Virus record (IMG/VR): IMGVR_UViG_3300027680_000001 | Span: 1 to 50,145 of that record | Reading direction: 5' to 3' (one strand) | DNA from: a virus | Lineage: Duplodnaviria; Caudoviricetes | DNA: 50,145 nucleotides | In this document: piece by piece, positions 46,148 through 50,145 of the stretch | Layout: each line of letters begins with the position of its first letter | How positions within the stretch are numbered: the stretch's first letter is position 1 | The notes under the pieces: model-generated | Database searches by the model: none | What the model was told of the DNA's origin: nothing | The model's input: only the letters and a program-made list of their open reading frames with translations | Program-made: the position numbers and the translations under genes

Positions 46148-47452
46148 ATGCGGATAGCACTTTCATCATATACCGGAGTTGGAGCGTGGTTTGTACTTCG
46201 GCTTCTAGCTGAAGGACACGAAGTAGATTACTATCTCTCTAAATCTGAATATGATGAAGTGCTATCTGGCATTATTCCTTCTCCAAAGATGCTTTCTATA
46301 GATCATAGAAGAACTCTTAAAGGATTTGGTTATGCGTCGTACAAAGGATATGATCTTTCAATCTTTGACCTTACAGGAAAAGCTAAACAAGCTGATTCTT
46401 CACGGAGTGACTGTCCTACCTTCGGAGATGGAAGCTTTGAGTGTCTCCTTGAAGACGATAGAGAAGCAGGCTTGTCCTTTATGGAAAAGTGTGAGATTAA
46501 AACCCCACCATACCAAAGATTCGATAAGAGTTCAGAGGCTAAGAGTTTTGTTAGAAAACAAGACAAAAGATATGTCTTCAAGCCCTTTACTCCGAGCGGC
46601 TCTACTCAGGATACTTCTACAACGTATGTGTCCAAAGACGCCGAAGATATGATAAAGAATTTAGATAATCTATGCGCTGACGCGAAAGGAGCGCCTTTTG
46701 TTTTACAAGAATATATAAAAGGAACAGAGCTTTCTGTAGAAGCGTGGTTTAATGGAACTGATTTCTTTAATATAACATGCGATCTTGAAGAAAAGAAGTT
46801 CATGAACGATAAGAAAGGTCCGAATACTGGCTGTGCAGGAAATCTCATCTTCGCGATACACGAAGATATGCATATATATAAGGATACGCTTTTAAAAGCT
46901 AAATCTGCGCTTCAAGCTGTTGGATTTAAAGGAGTTATCGATGTCAATTCAATCGTTACTGAAGGGCGTGTCTATTCGCTTGAGTGGGGACCGAGATTTG
47001 GTTATCTATGTTGCCCTGTCTTTGCTAATATGTATGGCTCTGGTTTTGGAGAGTTTCTCCATGCTATTGCATCTGGAAGGACGCCGAATGTCAAATGGAG
47101 TGCCTCTTTCGGCGCAGCCATCACAATCTCAATCCCCCCTTATCCAACCGAGATAAGAATTCCTAAAGCAAAAGATATTCCCATAGAAGGGATTGATCCA
47201 GAGGATATTGAGGAATTACTTGATTATTATTTATATGATGTGAAACTTAATGGTAAGGGATTGATTACATCTGGGAATTATGGATTTGTCGGTGCGCCGA
47301 TTGGAATTGGGGATTCTATAACAGAAGCATTTATTAAATGTGAGCGACTTTTAGAGAGAGTTCAAATCCCTAACATTCAATATCGCACTGATATTGAGAA
47401 AGTGTGTACTGAAAAGTTCTATACACTTGAAAAGGATGGGTGGTTCTCATGA
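46148..47452 (+). CDS. PurD-like ATP-grasp amide ligase
   Basis: LEDDRE, YVFKP, LQEYIKGTELSVE, EEKKFMNDKKGPNTGCAG, GVIDVN, LEWGPRFG; start moved to MRIALSS. Confidence 0.85.
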   Translation: MRIALSSYTGVGAWFVLRLLAEGHEVDYYLSKSEYDEVLSGIIPSPKMLSIDHRRTLKGFGYASYKGYDLSIFDLTGKAKQADSSRSDCPTFGDGSFECLLEDDREAGLSFMEKCEIKTPPYQRFDKSSEAKSFVRKQDKRYVFKPFTPSGSTQDTSTTYVSKDAEDMIKNLDNLCADAKGAPFVLQEYIKGTELSVEAWFNGTDFFNITCDLEEKKFMNDKKGPNTGCAGNLIFAIHEDMHIYKDTLLKAKSALQAVGFKGVIDVNSIVTEGRVYSLEWGPRFGYLCCPVFANMYGSGFGEFLHAIASGRTPNVKWSASFGAAITISIPPYPTEIRIPKAKDIPIEGIDPEDIEELLDYYLYDVKLNGKGLITSGNYGFVGAPIGIGDSITEAFIKCERLLERVQIPNIQYRTDIEKVCTEKFYTLEKDGWFS

Positions 47453-50145
47453 AAAAAATTCTCATGTTTTTGTTTGTTTTAATATTTCTAGGCAAAGTCT
47501 ATGCACAGACAGCTTCTATTACAGGAACTGTTACAGATTCAGATTCTCAACTCTGGTTAAATGGAACGTGGACATATACATTCTATCCAAATGTTAATTA
47601 TCCTAATTTAAACTCTTATTATGTAGGGAGTACTCCATTAAGTACATATTATAATGCTCCTGTTAGCGGAATCTTAGATCCTTCTGCTGCAACATTTACA
47701 ATGAGTAATATGGTACGAAGTGATAAAATTTCTCCCTCAGGATCGATGTGGACACTTCAGTTTTGTCCTAATGCTACATCAAAATGCGGATCATTTAATT
47801 ATAATCTTACAGCAGATTCTGTAACAGGTTCTACAATAAATTCTCTTATAACCGCTGCGATACCTGCTCCTCGCTTTGAACCTATCGCGGGAGCGTTTGG
47901 ATATAATGATACAGAGGCAATTATAAATCCCACAGCAGGAACCCCTGGTGGAACGTATTGGAATGTTATATCTGCTTGTCAGAGATATTATAGTAATATG
48001 TCTCCTATAGGATGGGCGTGTGGTAGCGGCAGCAGTGGTGGATCTATTACAGGGCAGGCCAATGGCGTGATTCCGTTGGCAACGGGTGCAACATCTATTG
48101 GAGCGCAATCACATATTGACGATGGAGTGACTACACCAAGTACAGTTACTTCTACGGAGGGAATTGCAGCTCCTAATTATATTGGTCCTGTTCAGCAATT
48201 TCAGCCCTATACGCTACGATCAACGCTAACCAAGACCGGACTAATGGCGCTGTATACGGCAGGTAACGCAAGTTACACCAGTCCAGCGCAGTTAAATATA
48301 ATGATGCTCGGTGATTCTACAGGCTTCATGCATACTGGAGTTATACCTTGTCAACTTACAGCAGCTTATGGTGCTGCTGGATACATGGGTCAACAGTTAG
48401 GATCGAATGTTTCAGGAATAGGCTTCAACTGCGCTACCTCTGCTGGTGGTAATGCTCCCACGCTCGCGGGTGGAGCTTATTGGGTTGACGGTAGTACCTA
48501 TGCTTTTGATTTTGCGCACTCTCCTAACGGCCAGTATTGGGTTATCCCTCCCGGTGGATCGTTAGTATCTGATAGTACATTTGTACCTTACTCCACCGAC
48601 GAGCGTGTGTATTATACCTCTGCTGCTAGTGGTGCTAACATTGTCGTTTCTACAGGCTCAGGTTCTACTTGGACAGCATTAGGTAATGGTGGAACGTACT
48701 CTGCATCAGTTTGTAATGGCGCTGTTACAGCGAATGTAGGAGGAGTTTGCCATGCAACCATGACTCGTGGTATCAATCAGCTACAAATTACTAACCCCAG
48801 CGGAACTGCCAACTTATACGTTATGGTCTACGGGCAGCATGACACCACTGTGAACGGTACGGTGTTCTGGCAAACAAGCCGTGGCGGTCTTAGTGTTCCC
48901 GATTACTCATCTACACCTAATGCCGTCGTTCAACCTTGGCTGAATGATTTTAAACCTGATCTTATAACTAGCGAATGGAAGACTAACGGTGTTGTTGGCG
49001 GCACTGGCGGCTGCCAACAGGCGACGACTGCTGCTCCTACAGTTTTTCAGAACTATTCTTACTGGTTCGCTAACATGATGACACCAATTCAGACGGCAAA
49101 TGCTCTTGCTGATTTCGTAGTCTTAGGCGACTATGACTATACTACTCCCGGTGTTTCTTGCGTTGCTCCTTTTAACAAGCAAGTACAGCAATGGGCAGCC
49201 GCGCAAATCAGGCCACAAACTTATGTTGACGAGTACACTCAATTAACAAACGCTGATCAGGCCACGCTTGGCTGGAATACAGTGGGCAATGCTCATCAAA
49301 CTGCTCTTGGACAAACAGCCGGGGATCAATTGATGATGCAGTATCTAGGAATCGGACAATGGCCTAATTCTCCCGTTACTAGAGATATCATTGCGCAGCA
49401 TTATGTCAACACTGCGGCAATCAATTTGAACCAATACAATAACGGTTCTAACTACTCAGTGATAAATGGCTATCCAAGTACCTCTACTGACATACTTATA
49501 AAATCTGGCAGGTCAATCATCGGATCGGATCAATCGGGACACGCCATATTTAATTTGGGGTCCACAACTGTGGCATATGCTCAAGGCAATAATTCGATGC
49601 CATGCTTTCAATTTGTGATGTTAAATACTTCAGGCACCTTATCTGGTAACTGGCTATGCAGTGTTGGTGGTCAGGCTGGAGTTTGGAGCAATCCGGGGGG
49701 TTCTGCACCTGCACCTTGGTATACAAGTTCATTGCGTCTACCAACTAGTGGTGGTGGATGGGATAGTATTAATGGTAATCCTGCCGGGGCTGGTTCTCCT
49801 ACTTTCGTAATGCCAACTGTAGGTGGAATGATACAAGCAGTGGCTAATGAAACCTCTACTGCGGCAATCGCGTTTGTAGCTCCGGTAAAAGCTGACACAG
49901 CCCATGCAAATCAAGTTGTTATAACTACAACTACAGACACCAGTGCGGGGATTGTGATTGGTGTTTGTATTAATAATCCTGCTGCTGCTGCGGCATGCAA
50001 TATTGCGACAACTGGTGTTTGGGGTCTGACGCTCGGAACGGGAACCTGCGCGATTGGTAACTTTGTTATTGTGGATACAACTACCAACGGTGATGTGAAA
50101 TGCACAGCGACCTACACGGCAGGAATGGTGATTGGAGTGGCTATG
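47449..50145 (+). CDS. Large signal-peptide-bearing fibre/adhesin-like protein with SGNH hydrolase domain (3' truncated; not in ORF track)
   Basis: Translated by hand, 899 codons open to the window end. Signal peptide MKKILMFLFVLIFLGKVYA|Q; SGNH blocks MLGDST, SRGG, EWKTNG, NAHQT; C-terminal IGVC..IATTG..IGVAM domain resembling DUF2190/cement-like folds. Confidence 0.8.
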   Translation, partial: MKKILMFLFVLIFLGKVYAQTASITGTVTDSDSQLWLNGTWTYTFYPNVNYPNLNSYYVGSTPLSTYYNAPVSGILDPSAATFTMSNMVRSDKISPSGSMWTLQFCPNATSKCGSFNYNLTADSVTGSTINSLITAAIPAPRFEPIAGAFGYNDTEAIINPTAGTPGGTYWNVISACQRYYSNMSPIGWACGSGSSGGSITGQANGVIPLATGATSIGAQSHIDDGVTTPSTVTSTEGIAAPNYIGPVQQFQPYTLRSTLTKTGLMALYTAGNASYTSPAQLNIMMLGDSTGFMHTGVIPCQLTAAYGAAGYMGQQLGSNVSGIGFNCATSAGGNAPTLAGGAYWVDGSTYAFDFAHSPNGQYWVIPPGGSLVSDSTFVPYSTDERVYYTSAASGANIVVSTGSGSTWTALGNGGTYSASVCNGAVTANVGGVCHATMTRGINQLQITNPSGTANLYVMVYGQHDTTVNGTVFWQTSRGGLSVPDYSSTPNAVVQPWLNDFKPDLITSEWKTNGVVGGTGGCQQATTAAPTVFQNYSYWFANMMTPIQTANALADFVVLGDYDYTTPGVSCVAPFNKQVQQWAAAQIRPQTYVDEYTQLTNADQATLGWNTVGNAHQTALGQTAGDQLMMQYLGIGQWPNSPVTRDIIAQHYVNTAAINLNQYNNGSNYSVINGYPSTSTDILIKSGRSIIGSDQSGHAIFNLGSTTVAYAQGNNSMPCFQFVMLNTSGTLSGNWLCSVGGQAGVWSNPGGSAPAPWYTSSLRLPTSGGGWDSINGNPAGAGSPTFVMPTVGGMIQAVANETSTAAIAFVAPVKADTAHANQVVITTTTDTSAGIVIGVCINNPAAAAACNIATTGVWGLTLGTGTCAIGNFVIVDTTTNGDVKCTATYTAGMVIGVAM

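Noticed and set aside
46148-47452. Auxiliary purine-biosynthesis purD or Z-genome (PurZ) pathway
   Set aside because: It is an ATP-grasp rather than the PurA/PurZ fold, lacks the PurD substrate loop, and has no partner nucleotide-metabolism genes.

Overview
The window looks like a nearly complete genome of a tailed dsDNA phage with a podovirus-type layout. It has two divergent transcription blocks that meet at a non-coding control region near 20.4-22.7 kb. The minus-strand block (22.2 kb to 3.1 kb) carries small early genes, a J-domain protein, vWA, FtsK, a PD-(D/E)XK nuclease, an AAA_24/Sak4-like ATPase, an SSB-like protein, a split PolA (degenerate UDG plus 3'-5' exonuclease, and a separate polymerase), a DUF3987-like helicase and a GroES with a DnaJ-type zinc finger. 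The plus-strand block (22.7 kb to the window end, apparently continuing at 1-3.1 kb) carries TerS, TerL, portal, scaffold, major capsid, an HNH cassette, tail hub/adaptor, ejection proteins and a PurD-like ATP-grasp ligase with an adjacent small peptide. It ends in a run of signal-peptide-bearing, mostly Cys-rich proteins where tail-fibre and lysis genes would normally sit. I recognised no integrase, tRNA, CRISPR array, primase or endolysin. The most striking observations are the exported fibre-like operon, the GroES/DnaJ-zinc-finger chimera plus J-domain protein, a set of long strand-specific RNA rods between genes, the HNH insertion that duplicated the capsid C-terminus, and a non-coding block rich in low-complexity and palindromic sequence. 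All family calls come from motif reading by eye; no database searches were run.
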